DNA of 64,000 nucleotides from Vitrella brassicaformis CCMP3155 (GCA_001179505.1 CDMY01001000.1:163605-227604), one strand, 5' to 3'; positions 38,501-50,627 are shown, numbered from the stretch's first letter. The notes: generated from the letters alone by a model not told the origin. Translations and numbers: made by a program.

Positions 38501-38798
38501 CTCTCAGTTCGCTTGGTCTGTGTTTGGCCGTGGGACTACGCTGATGTTGGCACGCAACAGTCAGGATCCATTGCGAGCTTGGCAGGGAGAGGGCGTTGCA
38601 GAGGGCGAAGGGCGTGCCGATAGTGAGCTGAGTGGTTTGCTTGACCGACATCAGAAGTCATTTTGGCAGATCACTCATCGGCCGCAACACAGTAGAGGTG
38701 AGCTCCTCCAAAACGAGAGAGAAGATCTGATGCGACGCGATGCGATGCGGCGCTGTGTGTGTGGGCGTCATGTGCCCGTGTGTGTGTGCAGGAGGGCC

Positions 38799-39420
38799 AT
38801 GAGTGACCGTGTTGTCGGGCTGCTGGACGGCTATGCCGTTTATGAGGACGGCCACGGCGGCTATGAGGCGGACGTTAGAGGGCAGCGAGTGGCCATCAAG
38901 CTCTCGTTCCATTCGCACATCAAGTTCTGCTTCGAACACCACGACGTGAGCGGCCGAGCCTCACACAGGTGTGTTGCACTCTGACTGACTTGCTGCCCTT
39001 TTGTGTGTCAGGCCATCTGCCCGTTCCAAGCGCCGCCGTCAAGACGACCACAACGGGCCACCAGCAGCAGCAGCCGCCGCTGCAGCAGTGGGCGAGGGAG
39101 CGGCGGTCAGCAATGGCAACATTCCTGAGGGCTTCGTGCGGCTCCCCAGCGGTCGCTACCACAAGGTCGTGCAGGAGGGCACCGGCAGAGTGCCCACCGC
39201 CGACCAGCGCGTCAAATTCGACGAGATTGGGTTTACTGATGCATTCGACGGCCAGAACAAAGTCTCCGATTACCGTGAGTGGGTGATTCGTGTGTTTGAT
39301 GGGATTGAGTGGTTCCGTGAGGCGGTGCTGTCGATGAGAGAGGGGGAGGTCAGGGAGATCATCACGCCAATCGGATCTGCGCCCACCTACCGTCAGCTGC
39401 GGTTGATCAGCATAGAATAG
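38799..39420 (+). CDS. Module + FKBP-like gene; the splice phase between the exons may be broken
   Basis: MSDRVVGLLDGYAVYEDGHGG...IKFCFEHHD with a donor one base later than in the 42251 copy. The FKBP exon 39013-39420 is intact. Confidence 0.6.
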
Positions 39421-40579
39421 GAGAGAGTGCACACACACACAAATGAGTGGGGGCGGCTGTGTGTGTCACACTCATTCATGTGTGTGGCCGGGGGCTCTTC
39501 CCTCGTCGACTGGCTGACTCTGAGCCTCTCGGTGTTGAGCGATGGAGTGAGCGTCTCGTCAAAGCTGTCTATAAGATCTGTCTGCGATGAGTTTCGAAGC
39601 GAGTGTTGTCTGTCTGATTGGTCTTCTTTTTGTCTGCTTCTTCGTCAAGTGATCTCTCCGCCCGGCTGTGTGTGTGTGGGTGTGTTATGTAGATACATCA
39701 CTCCAGGTTGGAGTGAAGGGCGGGTAAGTGAGCACCAGCGAGTCAGTCAGTCAGTCAGATAAACGGCCTCTTCTCTCTTTCTCTACAGACAGCCATACAA
39801 AGGGACTCGTTGTGTTTGTTTGTCTGCATATGGCGGCCTCCCGACTGATAGACAGACAGCCGAGTGGCCCTACCTCTGTCTGTCTGTGTGCCTTTCCTTT
39901 GCACCGGTCGGCTGTGTCGATGGCCGACATGGCTTGTGTCCAGCCGCTGACTGACTGGATAGCTGGCCAGCGAGAGGGAGGGAGGCACACAGGGTGTGGG
40001 ACAGGGTTTTTGTGTGCACTCTCTCTCTCTCTGTCTGTGCGTGTCAGGGTGGGTGTGCGTAAGTGACACGAATAATGCGACTCGTTGTGTCTGTTTGCAC
40101 GGCGGCCGATCGTTTGATAGACAGCCAAGCGGCCCTGTCTGCTCACCGATGGAACGAGGGATGGATACCTCTCTGCTGTGATGCTGCGGTCCATCCATCC
40201 ACACGGTGTACCGACATATAGAGCAGCCGAGACAGATCGGTGGATGGACGGATGGGCCATTCACTTGACGGATTTAGGCGATTGTATGTGCAGCATATTG
40301 CCAATAGGCTTACTGACTGACTGAGAGAGAGAGGGGAAGGGGAAGCCAGCCTCTCTGTGTGTGTGTGTGTGTTGTGCTGCGTTATATAGCTTGCTGCAGG
40401 GAGGGAGGGTGACGATGTGCCCATCATGGACTCTCTCTCTCTCTCTCTGTGGTGTGGTCAATTCATTCAGTCAGCCATCGTGGGGGAAGCCGTGCATCAG
40501 TGAGTCTGACAAAAAACGGGAAAACACTCATCAGTCCACGGCATACAATCAGTCCGATAGCCAGGCACCAGTCAAACCC

Positions 40580-41758
40580 TCACCCAATTGGCGGCCACCA
40601 CCCCAGCCCCACCCCCACCAGTGTGCCCCCACTGATCACGTCGGTCTCCAGGTCAAAGTGCCGCAGCACGCCACACCACAGGGGCATCGACATCGGGAAG
40701 CGCTGGGCGAGCGGCTGTGACGGATCGTCGACAGGTGCCTCGGCGGTCCACAGATGCATGGCGTGAGGCCCCACCGTCAGATGTGCAACAGCGGTCTCGC
40801 CCGGCCGGAATCCGCTCGCTATCACCCGTCGATGGTCACTTGCATCAGCAGCATTCAGATTGCCTTGGTCGTAGCGATGGTCCACAGCGATACCCAGATC
40901 CTCGGGGATGCCCTCGGTCAGCAGACGGTCACGGCGAGAGTCGCCATGGCCGATGGGCGCGATCAGCACCACATTATAGTTCCACCAGCAAAGGATATCG
41001 TGCAGCAGAAGCGCCGAAAAGGCGGGAAAGAGTTCGTGGTCGCCCGAATTAGCAAATCGGACGGCGGGGTCGGTCCGCTTGTAGCCGCGAGCATAGCGAT
41101 GCCCAACCGGGAGGTCACCAAAAGGCACCACGCGAAACGACCTATGGCCGATCCGATAGCCCCCATAGCGCCGATCCGATAGCCACAGCGCCAGGCTGGT
41201 CCCATTGTTGTTGAGTAGGTGGCCGAAGAGGCGGCCATTGTTGTTGAGTAGGTGGCCGAAGAGGCGGTAGATGGCCATGGCCAGGGGCAGCTCGTGGAAT
41301 GTCGCCATCTCCCACGAGTGAGCCGACAGCCGCAGGGGCAGAGCCGCATTGGGTGTGAGCCGACAGATGGCGGCCAGCCGAATGAAGTGCCCCATCGCCC
41401 GCCACTCGTCGCCACTGCCGGCTGCAAGCACGTAGGCCACCTTCAGGCCGCCCTCCAGATCGCCGATGTCGAAGTCCAGGACGTCCTGCACGCTCAGACG
41501 ACTCATTACCGCCTCGACGTGCTGCTTGACGAGCTGCAGCATCATGTCCACTTTGTGGGGGTGGCTGTTGCTGCTCTTGGCGATGAGTGAGAGGAGTGTA
41601 GCCCGTCTGGCGGCGTGAGGCGACATTGCCATGTCGGCCGCCCTGCCGATGGCCATGCCGAGCAGAGAGGGGACCGACGAAGGAAGAGGCTGGGATGAGG
41701 GCGTCGCACCAGTCGGCTGCATGGCCGTCACACTCAGCCCTGACGTGATCAGAAACAC
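40580..41758 (-). CDS. Intronless 392-aa member of a lineage-expanded family of unknown function
   Basis: Long ORF free of microsatellites. Motifs LPVGHRY...DPAVR and LWTAEAP...QRFP are shared with the gene at 56930-58445. It carries an in-frame 33-bp tandem duplication (LFGHLLNNNG x2). Confidence 0.75.
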   Translation of the reverse strand: MFLITSGLSVTAMQPTGATPSSQPLPSSVPSLLGMAIGRAADMAMSPHAARRATLLSLIAKSSNSHPHKVDMMLQLVKQHVEAVMSRLSVQDVLDFDIGDLEGGLKVAYVLAAGSGDEWRAMGHFIRLAAICRLTPNAALPLRLSAHSWEMATFHELPLAMAIYRLFGHLLNNNGRLFGHLLNNNGTSLALWLSDRRYGGYRIGHRSFRVVPFGDLPVGHRYARGYKRTDPAVRFANSGDHELFPAFSALLLHDILCWWNYNVVLIAPIGHGDSRRDRLLTEGIPEDLGIAVDHRYDQGNLNAADASDHRRVIASGFRPGETAVAHLTVGPHAMHLWTAEAPVDDPSQPLAQRFPMSMPLWCGVLRHFDLETDVISGGTLVGVGLGWWPPIG

Positions 41759-42250
41759 ACAAAATAGCAGTTGTTTGCAGCATCAACAGGCTCCCGGTCG
41801 GTCCCTGCCCTCTTACCCTCGCTAAGCGGCACAAACAACGGCCAACTCGGCCTCCATCATCGCAGCACAACAAATCCCTCACCGGCAGTGCCTCAACCAC
41901 ACACAGACACACAGACACCGATGTGAACGGATCTGTGAGTTTCGATTGCCTGTGGCTCTCCAAGGGGGGAATAAAACGCCTCCTTCTCCGAACCCTTCTC
42001 CGTTACGTGCGAGCTTGACCCCGAAGGAGAAGAGAAGCGGTCATCAGCTGAGAGGAAGGTGTCGATAGAGTGAGCTGAGTTGGTTGGCTGTCGAGATCTG
42101 ACGTCGCTTTGGCAGATCACCCATCGGCCGCAGCGCGCCAGTAGAGGTGAGCACCGCCGAAATGAGAGAGAGAAGATCTGATGCGATGCGATCTGCTCAC
42201 TGTGGATGGGCGGCGTCGTGTGCCCGTGTGTGTGTGTGTGCAGGAGGGCC

Positions 42251-42532
42251 ATGAGTGAGCGTGTTGTCGGGCTGCTGGACGGCCGTGATGTCTATGAGGA
42301 CGGCCGTGATGTCTATGAGGACGGCCACGGCGGCTATGCTGTGAAGGTTGAGGGCGAGCGGGTGGCCATCGACCCGTCATTCAACAGAGATGTCAAGTTC
42401 TGCTTCAAACACCACCAGTGAGCGACCGAGCCGCACACAGCCGTGTTGAGCATTTCTGACTTGGTGTGCCATTCTGTGTGTCAGGCCATCCAAGCGCCGC
42501 GGTCAGGACCAGCACAACGGGCCACAGCAGCC

Positions 42533-42587
<55 letters not shown>

Positions 42588-43066
42588 GCGGCGGCGGCGG
42601 CCAGCGATAGCAACGGCATCACCATCCCGAGGTGAGGAGCCCTTGCCTCTCTCTGTTGCTTATGCCTCGTGTGTGGCTGGTGATTGGCGTTGTGGCTGCT
42701 CTCTCTTTCTCTCTGTGTGTGTGTGTCATCGGCAGTCCCTTCGTTGGCGGCGGCGCCACTCTGCGCCGTCGGACCGGCACATTGCCATTGTCTGGTGCGC
42801 GATATGAGGTGGTGCAGGAGGGCACCGGCAGAGTGCCCACACTCAACGACACCGTCAAGTACGACTGGGTTGAGTGGTCTGATGCATTCGACGGGCGGGA
42901 CAAAGTCCTCGATAGGCGTGGGCTGGTGTGGCGTGTGTCTGGTGTGGCGGGTAACTGGTTGAGTGAGGCGTTGGTAACGATGAGGGAGGGCGAAGTGAGG
43001 CAAATCAGACTGCCAGCGGAATGGCCTGTCCCTTACGGTCAGCTGCGTTTGATCAGCATAGAGTAG
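42251..43066 (+). CDS. Module + poly-Ala linker + FKBP-like gene, apparently intact
   Basis: Three exons joined by phase-2 introns; a 21-bp duplication (DGRDVYE x2); a (GCA)n tract; ends YGQLRLISIE*. Confidence 0.78.
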
Positions 43067-44616
43067 GAGAGAGAGTCCACACACACACAGACACAGACAC
43101 ACATGGGGGCGGCTGTGTGTGTCACACACTGATGTGGGTGGCTGGGGGCTCTTCACTCGTCGCCTGTCTGACTGGCTGGCTGTGTGCCTCACTTTGAGCG
43201 ATGTGTGTGTGTGTGGGTCTATGGGGCATGTGGTTATCTTTCTCCCTGTCTATAGGTGTCGATACAGCAGAGCAGTGAGACCCCCACAGTCAATCGCCTG
43301 CTATGCCTGTGACAGTGTACTGCGTAAACAGACACACGAGAGCTGAGATGCCTTTTGAGCTGCCGTAGATGGGATGGCTGTGGTTTGATTTCACACTGAC
43401 TGACCCAAGTTAGTCTTGGACTGACCGACAGAGACACTGACTGTCTGACTGACTGACTGACTGTGGTATGCTGTGAGACCAGTCAGCCAGCCACGGGAGG
43501 GAGAGAGGGAGGGGTGGTTCGCATCTCTGTCTGCACACTCACACCGATGCCATCACACACACACATGAGGGGTTTTGCCCGCCTTTTCCTTTGCCTGTGG
43601 CACTCCCATCGATGTCAAAACGCACGCACACACACACACACACACACTTGTCGGTGTGGTTTTGCTCCCGTGTGTTGTTTTGACCGCCATTGCTTTTGGC
43701 ACATGAGCGACCTCTCTGTGTTTCTCTGTGTCTCAATCTGTGTGTGTCGCTGTGTGCGTGTGTGTCTCAATGTGTGTGCGGATACAGTCGTCCATTGTCT
43801 ACAACGTGATGTGTTGACATAGAGGGGAGAGTGAGGGACTGTCAAGTGGGCACCGACGGAGTCAGCCAGACAAATGGCAAATGGTCTCTTCTCTCCTTCT
43901 CGACACACACAGACAGACAGACAGACAGACAGCGGTGGATGGCTAGACGGCCCCTTCTCGGCAGCAGACTGCTTAGCTAGGGCGAGTGCCCTCTGGGGGG
44001 GGGCTGAGGGGCTGGCTGGTGTGTGTCGGCTGTGTCTTTCCTGACTGCTTAGACGTGTTGATAGCAAACGGATCAATGCGATTGAGTCAATGCAGTGAGA
44101 CACATTATTACATCTGGTCGACACACCTTGATGGACACGGCCACGTCGAGTCGATGTCCACACGCACACACACACATTCGCCCCCGATGAGGTCTGCCTG
44201 CCGACAGTCACAGACACAAAGGAGATCGACCGGCCGTCGCTGAGCCCCAACTTGAGGCCACCAGACAGACACCCACTGGATGAGAGTCATGACGATGGCA
44301 TTAGGACATCGGTGTGCCGCAATCACGCCAGGAGTGAAACCGTCGTCATGGCGGCTCAATAAAGGATCGTCAGCAAAGTGTGGGAGACATGTGTCTCTCT
44401 TGACCAGCAGCACGGCACACAGGCAGCAGCATCAGCACACTCACGGCAGACACAAAGGGCCACGGGCGGCTGACAGACACACACGCGACAAAGGCAGCAC
44501 AGACACACACAGTGAGAGAGACTGTGAGGCGGCCGCACAGACAAAACTCACTCGCTCATTGCACACAGACAGACAGACAACGCACTCACTCCATCGCTCA
44601 GAGCCAAAGCACACAG

Positions 44617-45356
44617 TTAGCCAGACGAGGAGCGAGGAGCCCCCGGCCACACACTCATGAGTGTGTGACACTCACAGCCGCTCACACGTGTGTGTGCGTG
44701 TGTGTGGACTCTCTCGAACTCTATGCTGATCAACCGCAGCTGAACGTAGGGGCCGCAGCCTGGCAGTTTGATTTGCCTCACTTCGCCCTCCCGCATCGAC
44801 AGCAACGCCTCACGCATCCACTGACGCCAATCAGACACACGTTTCACCAGCCCACGGTAATCGCATGCTTTGTTCTGGCCGTCGAATGCGTCCCACCACT
44901 CAACCCAGTCGATCTTGACGCGGTCGTTGAGTGTGGGCACTCTGCCGGTGCCCTCCTGCACCACCTCATACCGCGCACCAGATGGCGATGTGCCGGTCCG
45001 ACGGCGCAGAGTGGCACCGCCGCCATTGGCCAGACTGCCGATGACACACAAACACACACACAAAGCCAATATATAACCGTTCACACACGAGGCATAGGCA
45101 AGAGAGAGGCAAGGGCTCCTCACCTCGGGTTGTTTGATGGTCTCTGCCCTATCGGCAGAGCGATGGGCGGGCTGGTGCTGAAGTCGAGGAAGCGGACGCC
45201 CTTATCGCCCTCTGCCAGCCGGGTCACAATCGCGTCGCCACTCAGAGGGCTCGTGACTTCGATGAACAGCTCGCCGGGCCGGTTGGGGTACTCGAAGACG
45301 TTCTCCTTGCCCCACACAGTGATGCCCACCCACCCGAGGCCAGCTGCCAACGCCAT
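44617..45356 (-). CDS. Variant module (VGITVWG type) + FKBP-like gene with stop-codon read-through
   Basis: MALAAGLGWVGITVWGKENVFEY...GVRFLD, a phase-2 intron, then the FKBP exon. The family TAG after ISIE is TTC here, extending the ORF to 44617. Confidence 0.72.
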
Positions 45357-45494
45357 GATACCTGTCACAGAGTGTGGATAATCCATCAGATCTCTCTCTC
45401 CTTTGCAGTCTACACGTGTGCTGCCTCTCTGTGGCTCACCCTGGTCCTTCGCTGCCCTCGAGAGCCGCCGAAACACGCAAGATCTGCGTGCCCG

Positions 45495-45533
45495 GAGGGT
45501 TTGAAGGGGTCAAAGGGTTTGTTACCCTGGAGC
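45495..45533 (+). promoter_or_regulatory. Telobox-like upstream motif (second copy at 59058-59100, minus strand)
   Basis: gagggtttga-aggggtcaaagggtttgttaccctggagc versus gagggtttga-ctgacg-aggggtcaaagggtttgataccctagagc. The regulatory role is inferred from position only. Confidence 0.35.
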
Positions 45534-45607
45534 GGGAAGCAAGTTTGGCCCGAGATCTTCGCATACCTCACCCATACCTCACCCACCTCCCTGCGCCATT
45601 GTGGGCG

Positions 45608-46534
45608 ATGCCGCAGCAAGCCGCTCTCCTTATTCCCGCAGGAGTCATCGCCTCTGCGTTGGCCAGCGCGTTTCAACCCCCCCTGGTGGCTCGCCCGCTC
45701 AAGGCCGTCATCCCAGTCCACTCCACAGCCCGTGGGAAGGCCACACACTTCCTCTCAGTCCTGAAGAGGAGAGAGAAGGGGCAAAACCAAGACACTCGCA
45801 CTCAGTTACACGCCGAAGAGGTCAGTCAAAATGAATCATCAAAAGACCTGCTCAACCTTCCCAATACGCTCTCCCTGTTGTTGTCGCAGAGCTCTGGCAA
45901 TGACGAGCGGAAGACGTCCGAGCCACCAGACAGCACCTTGCCGTCGAGTGCTTGTCTTCCCCCAACCTATGGTCAGAAAGGTCGTCAGCCACAAGACGAG
46001 TGCAAGTGCATCTCTCTCTGTGTGTTTGCGTGTGTGTGTGTGGGCTGGTTGCAGGTGCTCCTCTGCAACTCCAAGTCGTTAACTACGGAGACGAGCAAGT
46101 CGCTGAGAAGTGGCTGGGGGATCCTGTCCGCCGAGCTTCTGCCACCCCTGGTCAGTCAGCGAACGAGTGATAGCGAGGCGGAAATGAGATCACCCCACCC
46201 ACATGTCTGTATCGCTGTGCACTCGGTCCATGCAGCTCCCAGCGAAGCCCCCCCTCCAATCACAATCACTGGACTGGAGCGTCCAGTCGAGCGCTTTTCC
46301 CAGGGCGTTTCCAATGGCGGCACCGGGATCATCGCCGTGGGCGTCGGGATCATCGCCGTGGGCGTCGGGATGATCGCCGGGGCCATCATCACTGGTGCTG
46401 CCTCCCTCCTCGAGGCACTCATCAAGGCCGGCATGAAGGGTCCCGGTGCGGTCATCGCCGCCCTCCTCATCTCGGGTGCGTTCCTCTATGTGGCGTTTGC
46501 CCTGGTATGGTTGCTCAAAGCACTGCAGGAGTAG
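45608..46534 (+). CDS. Putative plastid-targeted membrane protein
   Basis: MPQQAALLIPAGVIASALASA-FQPPLVARPLK (ASAF-type bipartite signal) and C-terminal hydrophobic helices with a 21-bp repeat (GIIAVGV x2). It may contain an intron near 45965-46055. Confidence 0.6.
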   Translation: MPQQAALLIPAGVIASALASAFQPPLVARPLKAVIPVHSTARGKATHFLSVLKRREKGQNQDTRTQLHAEEVSQNESSKDLLNLPNTLSLLLSQSSGNDERKTSEPPDSTLPSSACLPPTYGQKGRQPQDECKCISLCVFACVCVGWLQVLLCNSKSLTTETSKSLRSGWGILSAELLPPLVSQRTSDSEAEMRSPHPHVCIAVHSVHAAPSEAPPPITITGLERPVERFSQGVSNGGTGIIAVGVGIIAVGVGMIAGAIITGAASLLEALIKAGMKGPGAVIAALLISGAFLYVAFALVWLLKALQE

Positions 46535-47501
46535 GCACCACGTCGTGACACACTACGCACGTGTGAGACAGCTAGACAGACAGGTGCTCAGAAAGGGGGA
46601 AGGGATCTGAAGGGCTAGTGGGGGTGACTATCTCTTGTACAGACATACGGTTTTGCTTACTTGAACCACGGGAGGGAGGGAGCGGGTGTGTAGAGTCTGG
46701 GACTCTCATGGGGCTCGGATCCATTGGCTGACGTCGTTTCTGTCTATGAGTGTCGGCAGGCAGAGGAGGCGTCGGCCAATCGACAGCCTGAGCCGCGAGA
46801 GACCACATACAGACACACGTTTGCGTGGCGGTTTGACGGCTGGCTGATATGACGTGTCGTGAGCAGCATAGACGTGGGAGGGTGGGTGAGCGGGCTTCAT
46901 CACTCGATAGAATAGCTGGGTTATCGAGCTGATTGATTGTCTGCTCGATGGGGATTGATCTGTGTGTAAGTCAGTCGGTGTCTGTATATGTATGTATATC
47001 AAAGCACACACATATGTGATGTGCCTTCCTTTCGCGTTCTAACCGGCCATTCAGTCGCGACGGTGTGTGAGTTTGTGTGATGACCGATTGGTTCTCTTCT
47101 TCCGCACCGATTTAGTCAGTCGACACAGTTTCTGTCAACAGGCACGCACATGAAAGCGTCATCAAGCGAGCGAGCAGCCAGTCGAGCTTATCTACCAGTC
47201 ATCTACTTAATGCAGTGCAGTCAAGTCAGCCGAGTTAGTGACTTCCTGAACTACAAGTAAAGTGGCGGCCAGCAAAGCCAACAAACGGCATCCCATCTCC
47301 CTCACTCTCCTTGATCAATACATGCATCGATCCATCAAGCCGTCACCAAATGCAACCCATCGACCCATCCAATACGCAAACGGCAGCCCCCCGCCGCCAC
47401 TGCCACACGCACATCCATCCGCCCACACACACATGCAGCCCGTCAAGCCAAGTGCTTCAAACTACTCACCCGCTCTACTCGTCAGCTGTGTGTCTCCCTA
47501 G

Positions 47502-47999
47502 CTACAGAATGCTGATCAGGTGCAGCTCCACATAAGGCGCCGCAGTGCCTCCTCCCTCGCAGCTGCAGCAGGGCAGCATGATGCGCCGCACCTCCCCCTC
47601 CCGCATAGCCATCATCGCCTCTCGCAGCCACTCATGCAGATCGGACAGCTGGCGGATCTCGCCCAGCCGCTGCTGCCTGCCGCCAATGCCATGTCCGACG
47701 GTGGTGTAGTCGTACACGACGGTCTGGTCGATGGATGTGGGTGTCCGGCCGGATGGGCTGCCCTCGCGTATCGTCTGATGGAGTGCACCTGAGGGCATTT
47801 CGGTGATGGGGAAGCCACTGTGGCTGCTGAATGCATGTCTGTATTCATGAGCAGAGAACAAAGGGAAAGAAGCCTGCCTAGTGCTGCTCCCAGTCACTCA
47901 ATCACCCACCTGGTCTGTGTTTGTGTCTGTGCGCCATGTTGTGTGGATGTGGGTGTGTTGGCCATGGTGACATCGGAATCAGCGGCCGACTGCTCCCCG

Positions 48000-48046
<47 letters not shown>

Positions 48047-49360
48047 CAGACGTGACGCACACACGAACACGAGCGGCGGGTCTGTGTGTATTTGCTCACG
48101 CACCCTCTCATGATGCTGGCAAGCCGCAGCTCGACATATCCCTTCTCTGGCAGTATAATCCGCCGGGTCTCTCCCTCCCTCATGGCCATGATCCGCTCCC
48201 TCAGCCACTCTCCCATGTCCGTCACACGGCGCACCACCCCCCGCTGCTCGAAGTCTGTGTCGGTGTCGAATCCGTCCCGCCAGGAGGCGATGTCGTATCT
48301 GACGGTGTCGTTGAGTGTCGGTCCATTGCCGGTGCCGCGCTGCACAACTCTGTGGTAGGCGCCAGATCGATGGCGGACAAATCCTTCATGACCGCTGCAA
48401 ACCCATCACAGACACGCACAGCGCACAGAGAGAGAGATGTGTCTCTGATCCACACCGACCCTTCCCCAAATGGACATGTACGTGGGCGTGTGAGTACCTG
48501 TCCACAATATGGATAAGCCGGATGTGTGCGAAGGCGAATCCAGGTGTGATGATCCGCCGGATCTCCCCCGTACGCATGGAAAGCAGCGCCTCACGTAGCC
48601 ACTCCTGCGTGAAGTCCGCCACACGGGACTCCGCCCCATGAGCGTCGAGTATCGTCTGGGTGCCGTCAAATGCGTCTCGCCACACACGGGCATCGTACTG
48701 GACGGTCTGGCTGAGTGTGGGGCTGGTGCCGCAGCCCTCTGTGGTTGTGCGATAGCGAGCACCCGATGAGGGCGATAAGGTGAAGCAGTCGTCACTGCAC
48801 ACACACACACACAAGGACAGCACACAGCCATCCATTCATTAGAGAGTTGTTGTGCGTTGGCGTGCGTCCCATCTGTCTGTGTCACCTGTGTGTTGTACCT
48901 ACCTACCTTGTGGGTGTGTTGGAGGGGTGCTGAGTTACATAGCCATCCAGCATACAGACATCCGATTCGCTGCACACACGCCACGCCATCAGCAGACACA
49001 TACATCCACGCATCCATCCTTCATCTCTCTGTGTCATCTATGTGGCCCTTCTCATGATTTACCCACCTGCCGTCCGTCTGGGAATTGGTTACCATCTCAT
49101 TCGCCGACAAACCTCCATGACTCGCCTTTCCCGGTGTGAGTGTGAGTGTGTGTGCCGTGGAATGGGTCTGCATGTCCGTGTCTATGGGCAGCTGCGGGTG
49201 CGTCGGGGTGGGTGTGGGCAGCAAAGGCGGGGGGGCTGGTGGGTGAATGACCAGCAACTTGTCTTGTGCTGGCCGCATCTGCTGGTGAGGCGGGCTGTCA
49301 GCCTTGCGCTTTGTTCCTGTCCCTGCCAACGATGCCGCGGTGGCACGTCGCCCCTCCTGA
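47502..49360 (-). CDS. Protein with three tandem FKBP-like domains
   Basis: Domains at about 48795-48498, 48395-48104 and 47830-47502 are joined by phase-2 introns that keep frame. Each shows the xSGxxY/H...G...PT...YD...WLRE..M.MRxGExRRI..P...LxLxxI pattern. The 5' end is unresolved. Confidence 0.78.
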
Positions 49361-50399
49361 TCGAGCGACACAAACACACACAATACACACATAATGAAAC
49401 AGGAGCCGGCGATGATTTCAATGAGTCTTTCTACCTTCAAAGCTAGCGCAGCTGCACAGCCTTCTGTGAAGGCCGCCGTTTTTTTCTCCTCTGCTGATGC
49501 GATGCCGCTCAGCTAACCACTGCACACACAACACAACGATGCAGACACACAGACAGATGATCTATGTCGTTCATGGCGCTGGTTTGGTCTGCGTCTGCTT
49601 TCGTGAAAATTTTCCAACAATTCACCTGTCCTCTCTCCTGCAGAGCATCTGTGAGGCGAATGGCTCCGTTTTGGCTCTCCTTTTTCCCCCTTTCCCTTGC
49701 GAGCTTTGTAATCAATGGATCGCCGATCGCGAGAAGCAACACCGAGAGTGGAAATGGCACGCTGGGTTGGGGAATCGGTGGCTTTGCTACGGGAGTGAGG
49801 GAATCAGCTTCGTCCCTGCCGTATGGGAATCTATCGTTGATTGGCCCATCTATCTGTCTACACATCTATCTGCTGCGGACAGTACGGGTGGTGTGGCGCT
49901 GATCTGGCCAGCTGGTGTGAGCGAGCTGACTCAGTGAGTGAGCTGAGTGAGTGGGTGTATCTATCGTGTTGATTGACTGGTTTCTTTCAGGTGGAGGAGC
50001 AGCGTGATGAATGGATTCCACGATGACGCTGCTGCAAGCACAAGCAACGATGACACGTAAGCACACAGACGCGCACGAGATACACAACGTTCAACAGAAC
50101 AGATCATGGACTGCGTCGCTACATCTCTTTCTCTCTGTTTTCTTCTGTGTGTGTGTGTTTGTGTTCCATCCGCATGTGTGTGTTCAGTGGTTCGTGTGTG
50201 GGTGGTGGGGATGTGCGTTACACGAGTCACGGTGAGGGAATTGCCTGTGAGAGCCGACTCTGTGAGGAGCTGGAGAGGGCCGTCAGGGAGGGCAATGTCG
50301 GCGCTGCAAAGGTCTGCGGGTGGGGGGGATGGCTGGATGTGTGATGTGTCACATGCTTAGTCACGCTTTGTGTGCGGATGGCTTTAATCGTAGATCTGA

Positions 50400-50435
<36 letters not shown>

Positions 50436-50627
50436 TGTTGTGTGGCATCGCTTGTTCCTTCGTTGGTTCGTTCGTCAGGCGTCAGTCATCTCTCTGGCTC
50501 GGCTCAAGTCGTCATCTCTGCAGGTGCGGGTGAGGGACAGGTACTACGCCAACAGACACTCATCCGCATCAGCAGCATCGGCGTCGAACCCTTCGCACAC
50601 CTTGATGAATGGGTAACCTCCCCTCCC

